NCBI GenBank assembly: GCA_965228485.1
Contig: OZ245819.1
Coordinates: 450,001-482,000 of the forward strand
DNA: 32,000 nt
Origin: Candidatus Saccharimonadota bacterium
GTDB taxonomy: Bacteria; Patescibacteriota; Gracilibacteria; UBA4473
Direction: 5' to 3'
Shown: in pieces, positions 7,219 through 16,085 of the stretch
How the letters are laid out: every line of letters starts with the position of its first letter
How positions within the stretch are numbered: position 1 is the first letter of the stretch
Position numbers and translations under genes: made by a program
The notes under the pieces: model-generated
Databases searched by the model: none
What the model saw: the letters and a program-made list of their open reading frames with translations, nothing else
Told to the model about the DNA's origin: nothing

Positions 7219-10200
7219 ATGAAAATTTGGTTGGCCAACCATAATACAGAAAAACATTTTCCGAACACTCATAAAGTGTTTCGGAACGTTCATCAAATGA
7301 GTGACGATCCTGTTGATCAGCAGGTTAGTCGCTTGGCTGAAGATGTAGAAGCTCGTGTTCCTATCGAAACGGAAAAGTCTTATACTGAAACCTTCGCAAC
7401 AGTTGTAGCCCTATCGGTAGAAGAAACCATGCGTAGACAGGTGCAAGCTCCAGGCTCAACCGATCTAGAAGCTACTTATCGTACAGATTCACTAACAGAC
7501 TTTGGTGGTTTAGATCGAAAATTCTTTAGTAGCAAATGGTGGCTGACGAGTCTCTTTAACTCAAGAGCCCCAATGATGGAACTTTCTGAATTAAGAGATC
7601 CTCAAGGGAACCTTATCCCTGCTGAACTTTTGAAAGCTTCACCATACGCTCGATCTCAAACAGATGCTGCACTACTAGATGAAAGTTATAGTGGAACTTT
7701 ATCAGCTCTTAGAGCCAATGATGTCAAAAGAGACAACGTAACTTTAGCGAGCTTGGACTTTGTAGACGCTCTATTTCATGGAATTGAAGTTCCCGCTAGT
7801 AGTAGCGAACTTCTCAGACAATTAGGAGAAATCCAAGGATTGGGAAATGAGATTGTCACCGATATTCAACAGTTTGAGGCGCAACTTGCAAAACTTAGCA
7901 GCCGAGAACTCTGGAGAGAAATCGTGAGTTTCTTGCTTATCGCTCAAGAACCACGAGCAAAACTCATTAAATGGATTATCGAGCGACAACATGATCAAGG
8001 ATGGGCAGAAACTCAAGATATATTTACTTCGGCAAAACTAGAAAAAGGTCGTCAAATCCGAGCCTGGAATAATAATATTCGTCAATTCATTGCTCGAATT
8101 GACAGAACTGGGGATGATGCGGCTAAAGAAGATTTCTGGGCGCTCATCAGTTACGCCTCTCAAAACCCTACTGGTTTTGTAGCGAATCCAAACCTTGTCT
8201 TTGGAAATGTAAATTGGCAGCAGTTATCAGGATGTCCGAGTGCTATCGATTTTCTAGATACTATTAGACATAGTTCTATAGAAGGTTTGAAATTTATTCC
8301 AAACCGTTCTGGAAGAGATGGTATTACCGAATTTGAACCAGATGCTCCAAGAGCACGATATAGCTTGGTAGAGATTGCAGCTCATATGCAAGAAATGTCT
8401 CGTTTTGACGTGGCACTACAAAAATTGTTTGAACAAACCGATACAAGAATCACCCAATTCCAACAACTTTTCCGAAATACTGATTACTTTGATCTCTATA
8501 CGGAGCTAAACAATGAAATTGAAATGTCGGAAGAAGGCTCTATCGAGCAAATGCCAGACCTAAGGCAGCTTGTTCAAGATATTTCTACTTCTCTGAATGA
8601 CTGGCAGATTGGAATCAATGTAGAGAATACAATCTTCCAAGGAGTTGATCCTCGTCAATCTCCAGAAGAAGCTTTTTCTTTAATTGTGGATTATCTTAGC
8701 AGAAACCCAAACATTAGAGCTCTTCTAGATAATGATATTAAAAGACGAATCCTACGATATATTCACCTCATTGATGAAAAAGTAGAGGCAGATGCCCCAT
8801 CTGGAGCCGAAAACGAAGAAAACACCTTAGAAATAAGACACCGAATTCTTCGAATGGCTAAAATTACGCTCGAAAGAGCTCGAAGTTTAATTCAGCAAAT
8901 CCGAAGTGGAGAAATAAATAGAAAACTAAAGTCAAATGATGGTCAAGAATTCCAAAGAATAATGACCCAAATTGGGCAACTCATTGCCAGTTTTGATGAA
9001 CTTACCATTCACTTGGACAGAACCAACGACTCTGGGCATAAACTAAGAGATCGACTTCCAAAAGATGAAGCTGGAATTATTGAAAATGTAGAAACCTTAA
9101 AAGGATTTCGAGATGCTTTGTTTAGTTGGATAGGCACTATTCCAGGGGAACGAAATACGTATCTCACTACTTACCTAAACAACTTAGCCGATGAAGATGT
9201 GATTCAAGGCTATGAAAGAGCCGAACGAGAACTAAGAGATGCGATTATTGGCAATCTTACTAAAATAGATCAGATTAAAAGTGATTTAGAAACATTGAAG
9301 CAACTAGCACAACAGCAGGGAGCACAAAACATCCCAGTACAAGAAATTGACACTTTACTAGCCCAACTCGCAGTAGTTTCTGGAGCCGCTAATACTGGAG
9401 CTGTCCCAGGAGGAGGAATCTCATTGTCAGCTGAAGCTGAAAGAATTGAAGAAAGTGCACAGAAACTTATCGAAACCTACCAAGAGAATATTGTCAGATG
9501 GCGAAATGCTAAACATGGGGCTGCAGGGTTTGCTTTTACTATGCCAAAAATTGCCGAATTTGAATACGAAAGAGTAGATGACTATATTCATTTCTTAAAC
9601 GAAAGGAGAAGAAATCTCGAAGCGAGAAAACCAGCACTGTCCCCAAACCGAAGACCCAGAAGACAAACGCCTCAATCTATTGCTCAAAAGTTCAATGACA
9701 ACTTTTATCGAGAGTTTGCTAAAAGATCTCAAGATAATGCCCGAGATAAAATTTTCATGCCAAATTTTGAACCCATAAACAGACGATTATGGGAGTATCT
9801 AGAATCAATGATCCCAGGATCAAAAATTGGAAAATTGACGCTTACAAATGCAACCCATCAAAGCAAACTAAACTATCCAGGACATATACGAGACCGTGAA
9901 TATGTAAGAGACCTAACCATTATTGGAAATCGAACCATTGAAACCGAATCAGGCCCCCAAGAAGCGGTTATTCTAGAAGCTTTTGATCAAATATTATACG
10001 TCACACGTCCAACAGCAGGGGCTCAACAACCCAATATTTACAAATACGAAAAACACCCAAGCGAACATGGCGCCACCGCGAGTAACACCAACTTCAACCA
10101 AACTATGCTCGACTATCGTTTGGCGGGTTATATGCTTAGTGCTTATCCAGAAAATTTAGATGCTCCCAGCACTCTAAATAATCCTCAAAATAGACCCTAA
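7219..10200 (+). CDS. large orphan protein (993 aa), mostly helical/coiled-coil with a beta-rich C-terminal module
   Basis: Uninterrupted 2.98-kb ORF with protein-like composition. No signal peptide, TM helix or P-loop. Alternative start at M27 (nt 7297, MSDDP...). It shares N- and C-terminal motifs with the next gene (see findings). Confidence 0.8.
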   Translation: MKIWLANHNTEKHFPNTHKVFRNVHQMSDDPVDQQVSRLAEDVEARVPIETEKSYTETFATVVALSVEETMRRQVQAPGSTDLEATYRTDSLTDFGGLDRKFFSSKWWLTSLFNSRAPMMELSELRDPQGNLIPAELLKASPYARSQTDAALLDESYSGTLSALRANDVKRDNVTLASLDFVDALFHGIEVPASSSELLRQLGEIQGLGNEIVTDIQQFEAQLAKLSSRELWREIVSFLLIAQEPRAKLIKWIIERQHDQGWAETQDIFTSAKLEKGRQIRAWNNNIRQFIARIDRTGDDAAKEDFWALISYASQNPTGFVANPNLVFGNVNWQQLSGCPSAIDFLDTIRHSSIEGLKFIPNRSGRDGITEFEPDAPRARYSLVEIAAHMQEMSRFDVALQKLFEQTDTRITQFQQLFRNTDYFDLYTELNNEIEMSEEGSIEQMPDLRQLVQDISTSLNDWQIGINVENTIFQGVDPRQSPEEAFSLIVDYLSRNPNIRALLDNDIKRRILRYIHLIDEKVEADAPSGAENEENTLEIRHRILRMAKITLERARSLIQQIRSGEINRKLKSNDGQEFQRIMTQIGQLIASFDELTIHLDRTNDSGHKLRDRLPKDEAGIIENVETLKGFRDALFSWIGTIPGERNTYLTTYLNNLADEDVIQGYERAERELRDAIIGNLTKIDQIKSDLETLKQLAQQQGAQNIPVQEIDTLLAQLAVVSGAANTGAVPGGGISLSAEAERIEESAQKLIETYQENIVRWRNAKHGAAGFAFTMPKIAEFEYERVDDYIHFLNERRRNLEARKPALSPNRRPRRQTPQSIAQKFNDNFYREFAKRSQDNARDKIFMPNFEPINRRLWEYLESMIPGSKIGKLTLTNATHQSKLNYPGHIRDREYVRDLTIIGNRTIETESGPQEAVILEAFDQILYVTRPTAGAQQPNIYKYEKHPSEHGATASNTNFNQTMLDYRLAGYMLSAYPENLDAPSTLNNPQNRP

Positions 10201-10244
10201 AATACTAGTAAAAAAACTAATTTTATGGTAAAATATCAGGATTT

Positions 10245-13200
10245 ATGAAAAATTTCTGGTATTTGGAGTCTGAAAAACAAAGAACTGATGTCAATCGGTT
10301 TGTTTTTATGACCGATAGTCCAAGAAATGTAAACCGTCGAACCGATGAGCTTATTGGCGATGATATGGCGGAAAAAGTTGAAGCTAGAATGCTTGCTGGA
10401 GAGGCCTTAAGTGAATTAGATGATCACATTTCCAAACAGCTCACCGTAAAAACACACTATGGTTCTCCTCTTAGGCTTAGAAATGATCGTGGTGATACCA
10501 TCAGAGGATTAAGACAAGGAGAGGTTGTTACTTTTACGGGAGAAACAAAAATTACAAAAGATGCTAATGGGCAGGTAAGAGATACAGACGGTGACGGAAG
10601 TCTTAACAATCGTCATCTCTGGTTTAAAGTTAGAACAAGTTCAGGAGAAACTGGATGGGCGTCTGCTGAATATCTACAAGGCTCACTGAGTGCTCCCGTT
10701 ACTACGACTGAAGAACCTCTCGGGCCAGATAACAGTGTTATCCTAGCACCAGAAGAGCCTGAAGCTACTGAGCCACCCGCTCCAACAGAAGCTCCCGAAG
10801 AACCTTTACCAGACACCATAACCTTTACAAGTCTTCCTGGAGCAGCTGATAGAGCCTTAAGACGAGATATTGAAAGAAGAAGAACTACCGAAAGAACTTA
10901 TGAACGAGCACTTGATAGAGAACCTATTCCAACAAACGGAGAAACGGTTTCTCGAGCTGAGATGATTGCCAGTAAGGATTTTCAACAACATATTGATACT
11001 ATTTCACAACAAACTGGACTTCCACCGGAAAGAGTCCAGTCTATTATTAGTGACTTAGGCGTTCATCATCTGAGTTCTCCTGAGCAAATTACACAAGCGC
11101 TAGACCGCGCTGGGAGACTTCATGGTGAAGACGCATCGAAAGTACTCGATTCTCTAGCAAGAATTCCTGAAGCCGCTCAATTTTTGGTGGCTTTCAAACA
11201 TCCAAATGTGGTGAGATTTTTAAAGGGATCGGCGGTCTTTGGAGGGGTAGCACTACATACCACCTTCTGGAGCCGAATGGCCTCTGCCCCAGATTTGCGT
11301 TGGGATGGAGCCACACCAGTGACGGGGAATTCTGTCATTGATACGGGAAAATACTTTATCCCAATTGTCGGTAATGGTTTTGATTTTACCGATGCCTGGA
11401 CTGAAGCAAAACGAGGAAATATTGGATGGGCGGCTTTTAATGTCGCTACTGGAACTGTTGGTCTTGTTTTAGATGTCTTCAGTATTGTTACCGCGCCAAC
11501 AGTCGCTGGACCTGTGGCAGGACAATCTGCAAAAGCTGGATTCAAAGCCAGTATGAGAACCTTCAAATTATGGGTTAAAAGTGGTGGAGCTAAAGCCATG
11601 GCAACTCAAGCTGGAGAATTTATCGCTCGAAACACCGCTGGTGTCAGAGAAAGTCTTGGAAATTTTGCCTCTTGGGCTGGAAGACAAGCTTCGGGTATTG
11701 GAAATGCCATTTCAAACTCCCCTGTTGGTCGAGTAGCCTCAAGTGTTGGAGAAGGACTGGCTAGAGGTAGAGCTAATATTGGAAAAATTTGGGGGGTTCG
11801 ACACGCCGACAATTACATCCGTGGGATGGAAGAAGCTGCTACAGCAAATTTAGCCACCGCAAAAGCTGCCGATACTTCATTCCTTGGAAAGGCTGGAAAC
11901 TACCTTGCTTATGGAGCACGAGAAACGGTTTCAAGTCTTTATAATATTTTGACCTTTAAAATTCTTAATAGTCCTAAAGCCGCTAATGCTGCTTATGACG
12001 CTGCTCGAGTAGATCCTGAAAAGACAGAGACCGAGACAGATTCTGGAAAGATTGAAAGAGTCGCGGACGGAGTTGATATCCAAGGCAAAACGGTCCGTGC
12101 TGGTGATAAGCTTATCATTAAAGATTTAGAAAATGGACCCGCTAGAGCTAATGGACAAGAAATCATCATTGATAAAATTGAAGATGGACAAGTCTTTAGT
12201 CACTCTCCTGGATTTGATAAACCCAATCCCCCGTTTAAAGTGGACGATTTAAATGATCCAGCAAAATTTGAAGTTACTTTCCCTCGAATTGAAAAACTAA
12301 AGGAAAGTCTACAAAGAGCCAAAGATGAAGGGAGCGAAAAACTATCTGCCCTAGAGGACTCACTAAAAACTGAAAGAGACAAAACTCATCATGATTATTT
12401 TAGTGGTCGAAATATTGATCGACTAAAAACTGAAATTGAAAAAAACCAAGAAATTTTTGATGCAAAAGTTAAAGAATTTGAAACAAAAATTACTGAACTC
12501 GAAGCGAAACATAATGAATCAGAATCTGGACGACTCGCTAGTAAACCAGAGGTAAGGCAACTCATTCAAGATATAGAAAGAGAACGAGAAGCTTTTGTAA
12601 AAAGACAAAATGATAAATACGACGAAGTTCAACAAGAGATTGAAGCAGGAATAAGATCTCGAGAAGCAGAAGAGGCAGAGCTATCTAAATTTAATAAAGA
12701 AATTGAAGCTCTAAAGAATGACCAGCCTTCTGTTTTTAGAAAAATTATGGGAAAACCTAAAACTCCAGAAGCTAGACAAGCAGAAATTGACCGTATATAT
12801 AAAGAATCAATTGAACCAATGTCAGCTCGACTCGGAGAAGAAGTACCGGAAAAACCAGTCGTTTATGAAGACCCACTTGATGTGACTGATCTTGATACAA
12901 AACCTGAAAAATTAGATATAACCGACAAGGAGTTTAAACTAAAATGGGGCGATAGTGAATGGGTAGAAGTTAAAAGAAATAAAGGACGTAAAAATAACCC
13001 TGACACCATTACCGTCACAGAAATTAAGGAAGGGCCTCAGGCAGATAAAACTATTCTCACCATTGAATATGGTAAAAGTGGAGAAGCTGAATTTGGTGGT
13101 CGAAAAGTAAAATTTGCTGTTGATGAGGATGGAACTATCTGGGTTAATTCACTTGATAAACCAAGAACAAAAGTAGACGACGATCCTGATCCTCAACCTA

Positions 13201-14132
13201 GAGACAAAACCGACGAAGCAGAACCTGATAAAACTGAAGCTGATGACACTACTCCAGATAAACAAGATAGCGATCCAGAAGATACCGATACTCGTGAAAG
13301 AACTGATGATGAACCTGAGCCACGTGATCGAGAAAGACGGGATGAACCAGATCAGCCTGAACCAAAAAACTCTACGCCTCTGCGAAACTTTGAAATGAAC
13401 TATGAACATCTCAGTCGTAATGTTTTTGAACTTAAAAATACTCGACACGTTACGCTGAATGATAATTTTGGTAATACCCTTTTCCGAATAAGAGTTGGTG
13501 AAAAAAATGGTCTACTAATTCGAAGTCAAGAAGTTGGCTACAGCAAAAGCGAACAAATGCAGCAACCGACTGGAGAAAATATTACTCGTGAGTTTATTCG
13601 AGAGGACGGAACGAGTATTAAGATTGAATACCGAACGGATGGTAAATTCTTCATCGAAAAAATAGGTGAGAACAATACAGGGAAAGATAATACTACTCCT
13701 GATCGTCGAGACACTCCTGACCGTAAGGATGAAAAGAGAGATGACAAAGGAGAAGAGAGAGATAGAACTTTAAATCCTGATGATCCATTAAGTACTAAAT
13801 GGCCTTCTGAGTTATTTGCCAACCGAGGAGATATTGGACACTTGAGAACGTCTAGAATGAAACCTAATGCGGTCTATGAAGTCCAAAGAAGCCGAGAGCA
13901 AGAATTCCAATTACAAACATCCGAGGATAAATCTGCACGAATTAAATTAAGAACAACAGAAACGGGTTTAGAAGTTGAATATCTAAGAGGTTACGATGGA
14001 CCTAAGGACATCACGGAAATACCACCAGGACCAGGACATACCTTCCGAGTGGATGACAATACCTCTATACACATAAAAGTAGAACCAAGTGAAACTGGTC
14101 CAAATGTAATTTTAGAAAGAATTGACAATTAA
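10245..14132 (+). CDS. giant orphan protein (1295 aa): SH3b-like domain, P/E linker, hydrophobic Gly/Ala-rich region, long coiled coil, three beta-rich modules separated by acidic linkers
   Basis: Uninterrupted 3.9-kb ORF starting 44 nt after the previous gene. SH3b-like LRLRNDRGDTIRGLRQGEVVTFTGE...LWFKVRTSSGETGWASAEYL (nt ~10440..10682). Alternative start at M22 (nt 10308, MTDSP...). Its TAA stop overlaps the atpF stop. Confidence 0.8.
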   Translation: MKNFWYLESEKQRTDVNRFVFMTDSPRNVNRRTDELIGDDMAEKVEARMLAGEALSELDDHISKQLTVKTHYGSPLRLRNDRGDTIRGLRQGEVVTFTGETKITKDANGQVRDTDGDGSLNNRHLWFKVRTSSGETGWASAEYLQGSLSAPVTTTEEPLGPDNSVILAPEEPEATEPPAPTEAPEEPLPDTITFTSLPGAADRALRRDIERRRTTERTYERALDREPIPTNGETVSRAEMIASKDFQQHIDTISQQTGLPPERVQSIISDLGVHHLSSPEQITQALDRAGRLHGEDASKVLDSLARIPEAAQFLVAFKHPNVVRFLKGSAVFGGVALHTTFWSRMASAPDLRWDGATPVTGNSVIDTGKYFIPIVGNGFDFTDAWTEAKRGNIGWAAFNVATGTVGLVLDVFSIVTAPTVAGPVAGQSAKAGFKASMRTFKLWVKSGGAKAMATQAGEFIARNTAGVRESLGNFASWAGRQASGIGNAISNSPVGRVASSVGEGLARGRANIGKIWGVRHADNYIRGMEEAATANLATAKAADTSFLGKAGNYLAYGARETVSSLYNILTFKILNSPKAANAAYDAARVDPEKTETETDSGKIERVADGVDIQGKTVRAGDKLIIKDLENGPARANGQEIIIDKIEDGQVFSHSPGFDKPNPPFKVDDLNDPAKFEVTFPRIEKLKESLQRAKDEGSEKLSALEDSLKTERDKTHHDYFSGRNIDRLKTEIEKNQEIFDAKVKEFETKITELEAKHNESESGRLASKPEVRQLIQDIEREREAFVKRQNDKYDEVQQEIEAGIRSREAEEAELSKFNKEIEALKNDQPSVFRKIMGKPKTPEARQAEIDRIYKESIEPMSARLGEEVPEKPVVYEDPLDVTDLDTKPEKLDITDKEFKLKWGDSEWVEVKRNKGRKNNPDTITVTEIKEGPQADKTILTIEYGKSGEAEFGGRKVKFAVDEDGTIWVNSLDKPRTKVDDDPDPQPRDKTDEAEPDKTEADDTTPDKQDSDPEDTDTRERTDDEPEPRDRERRDEPDQPEPKNSTPLRNFEMNYEHLSRNVFELKNTRHVTLNDNFGNTLFRIRVGEKNGLLIRSQEVGYSKSEQMQQPTGENITREFIREDGTSIKIEYRTDGKFFIEKIGENNTGKDNTTPDRRDTPDRKDEKRDDKGEERDRTLNPDDPLSTKWPSELFANRGDIGHLRTSRMKPNAVYEVQRSREQEFQLQTSEDKSARIKLRTTETGLEVEYLRGYDGPKDITEIPPGPGHTFRVDDNTSIHIKVEPSETGPNVILERIDN

Positions 14133-14482
14133 CCGAGGATATCACTTCCAACCGCTCGTTCTACAATCTTTCTCATTCGATTTGCGGCAAAGTTATCGTC
14201 TCCAGACTTTGAAGATGGTACCGGAATTACCGCTGGTAGTGGTTTTCGAGCAAATCTCTCAATCACATCTTCTGAAAAGTTTTTGTAGTAATCTTCTTCA
14301 ACAAAAAGTACCGCATATTCTGCTGTTTTTGCTTCGTCCCCTTTATTCGCCATAAAAAGTTCTTCCGCTTTTTCTTGCGCTTCATCTTGAGTGTACACTC
14401 CGTAAGTTTCACATCCAAGGGCTCGGTAGATTAGTACCGAACTTACATTCCCGACAACGGCTAATTTGTATTCCTCAGACAT
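14129..14482 (-). CDS. atpF: V/A-type ATP synthase subunit F
   Basis: 117 aa. KLAVVGNVSSVLIYRALG, AVLFVEE, PAVIPVPS, KIVERAVGSDIL match the NtpG/AtpF pattern. Confidence 0.85.
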   Translation of the reverse strand: MSEEYKLAVVGNVSSVLIYRALGCETYGVYTQDEAQEKAEELFMANKGDEAKTAEYAVLFVEEDYYKNFSEDVIERFARKPLPAVIPVPSSKSGDDNFAANRMRKIVERAVGSDILG

Positions 14483-14483
14483 G

Positions 14484-15491
14484 TTAGAGTCGTTCTAAAA
14501 GATCATAAATTTGCTCCGAAGTAAGACCATTAAACTTACCGTACATGATCAATTTCAAAACCTGAGCATTTCTCATTCTTCTTTCGAAGTAATTGATCAA
14601 TACCGCTAGTCCTGGTCCAGAACCAAGGGACTCCCATTTAAGGAAGTCATAGTAATATCTATCTAGTTCTCTTTCAATCGCATAAATAGAGCCGACTGGG
14701 TCATCTTTATCAATTTGTTCTGCGGCTTTGTTAAACTTCGTTCGAAGCATATATTTCGAAAGTTCATCAGCACTGTGAACTCTCTCTACCGCGTAGTAAG
14801 CTACATTCCCTCCTGTGATCCAAGTTTCTTTTGGCACTTCCGTTCCTCGAATCAAAACACATCGAGACAGATTTCGGAAATTCACTCTATCAATCCAGTG
14901 TCGCACAAGTTTTTGTAGGAAATGGTCTTTTACTCGCTCATTTCTTAAGTCCATGAAAAATTCTCCCATAGCTTTATCGAGAGCAAACTCAACCGCTAAG
15001 AAATTATCGGCTTCTTTGTAAATATTTTCAGCCTGCTCTACCACAGCATAAATTGTAAAAGGGATGCGTCTATGAGTATGACCACCAAAGACAACCTCTT
15101 CCAATTCTTTTTGGCTCAACATTGCCAGATTAGAGTACCCTTCGTTTTCAGAAAAAGTTTCAATCCCCGTTTTGCCTTCAAGAATTTTAGCCTTTAGAGC
15201 TCGTTTGATGTTGTTTATATCAAACTGAAGCCAAAGGAATCTTAACCCTTCATCATTCTCAGATCCTTTCATCAAAAGATCTTTTGTTTCAAAGAGACCT
15301 TGTCTAATAATTGTATAAAAATCTTTTACCGTTGTTTCTTCATCAATAAACTCTGCGTAATTTGATTCTACCAAAACTCGAAAAGCTTCTTCTGGAGTTT
15401 CGGCTCCAACCATTCGATCAATCTGAGCTTGGTTTAACAACCGAGACTCTTGTGCTCGAACCTGACCGGATACAAACGAAAAATAAGGCAT
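14484..15491 (-). CDS. atpC: V/A-type ATP synthase subunit C (eukaryotic d-like)
   Basis: 335 aa helical protein. Position between E and F in the operon, with size and pattern typical of AtpC/NtpC. Confidence 0.8.
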   Translation of the reverse strand: MPYFSFVSGQVRAQESRLLNQAQIDRMVGAETPEEAFRVLVESNYAEFIDEETTVKDFYTIIRQGLFETKDLLMKGSENDEGLRFLWLQFDINNIKRALKAKILEGKTGIETFSENEGYSNLAMLSQKELEEVVFGGHTHRRIPFTIYAVVEQAENIYKEADNFLAVEFALDKAMGEFFMDLRNERVKDHFLQKLVRHWIDRVNFRNLSRCVLIRGTEVPKETWITGGNVAYYAVERVHSADELSKYMLRTKFNKAAEQIDKDDPVGSIYAIERELDRYYYDFLKWESLGSGPGLAVLINYFERRMRNAQVLKLIMYGKFNGLTSEQIYDLLERL

Positions 15492-15494
15492 ATT

Positions 15495-16052
15495 TTAAAC
15501 AAGCTTCAATTGATCTGTGAAGTACATTTCAAGTGGTTGTTTGTACTCAGAGAAGACCAAATTTTTAAATGAGTTATCAATCTCCATTCCATCAGCAACA
15601 CAGACAAAACCTCCTTTGATATCATTATCTGCTTTAACATCGAAATCCTTCCCTAATAAAGGTTTAAGAACTTCAACATCAGCTTTTGCTGCACGAACAC
15701 TTCCCTTTTCAACTCCCATTTGAGTAATTTGAGCTTTAAAGATAGTCGTCTTTGTCTCGTTATCAGCTATCACTAGAGCTTCAAAGAATTTTTCCATTGC
15801 TGCATCTAAAACTGCTCGACGAGCGCTCAATAGAGCTTGTCTATTTTCTCGCCGAGCCATAGTATCAATTTTAGTGTCCACAGCTTCTAGAGCTGCTTCC
15901 GTTTTAACCTCAAGCGCTGCTAATTCTTCTTTTCTTGAAACTTTCGCTTTTTCAGAAACTTCTACTTTATCTTTCTCTAGTTGAACTTGAATTTCAGCAA
16001 TACGAGCTTCACTTTCTGCTTGAATTTTTTTGATGATATCTTGCAACGCCAT
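15495..16052 (-). CDS. atpE: V/A-type ATP synthase subunit E (peripheral stalk)
   Basis: 185 aa. N-terminal long charged helix (LQDIIKKIQAESEARIAEIQVQLEKDK) plus a globular C-terminus. Operon position fits. Confidence 0.8.
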   Translation of the reverse strand: MALQDIIKKIQAESEARIAEIQVQLEKDKVEVSEKAKVSRKEELAALEVKTEAALEAVDTKIDTMARRENRQALLSARRAVLDAAMEKFFEALVIADNETKTTIFKAQITQMGVEKGSVRAAKADVEVLKPLLGKDFDVKADNDIKGGFVCVADGMEIDNSFKNLVFSEYKQPLEMYFTDQLKLV

Positions 16053-16085
16053 GATTAATTTTTTCTAATAAATTTTAATTGGAAA

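Noticed and set aside
11340-11519. Pre-toxin TG (PT-TG)-like motif (YFIPIVGNGFDFTDAWTEAKRGNIGWAAFNVATGTVGLVLDV), which would suggest a polymorphic toxin.
   Set aside because: The resemblance is only pattern-level from memory. The motif sits ~870 aa from the C-terminus, which consists of repeated beta modules rather than a compact toxin domain. No immunity-like small gene follows; the next gene is atpF. It is kept only as something to test by HMM.
13071-13091. GKSGEAE in the giant protein as a possible Walker A / P-loop.
   Set aside because: It lacks the GxxxxGK[ST] spacing (the preceding residues are TIEY) and sits in a predicted beta module. No Walker B candidate is present.
7057-14132. The insert between atpA and atpF as a mobile element or genomic island.
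   Set aside because: There are no flanking direct or inverted repeats and no mobility gene. The right boundary is a zero-length overlap of two stop codons. It remains an insertion relative to the canonical operon order, but nothing marks it as currently mobile.
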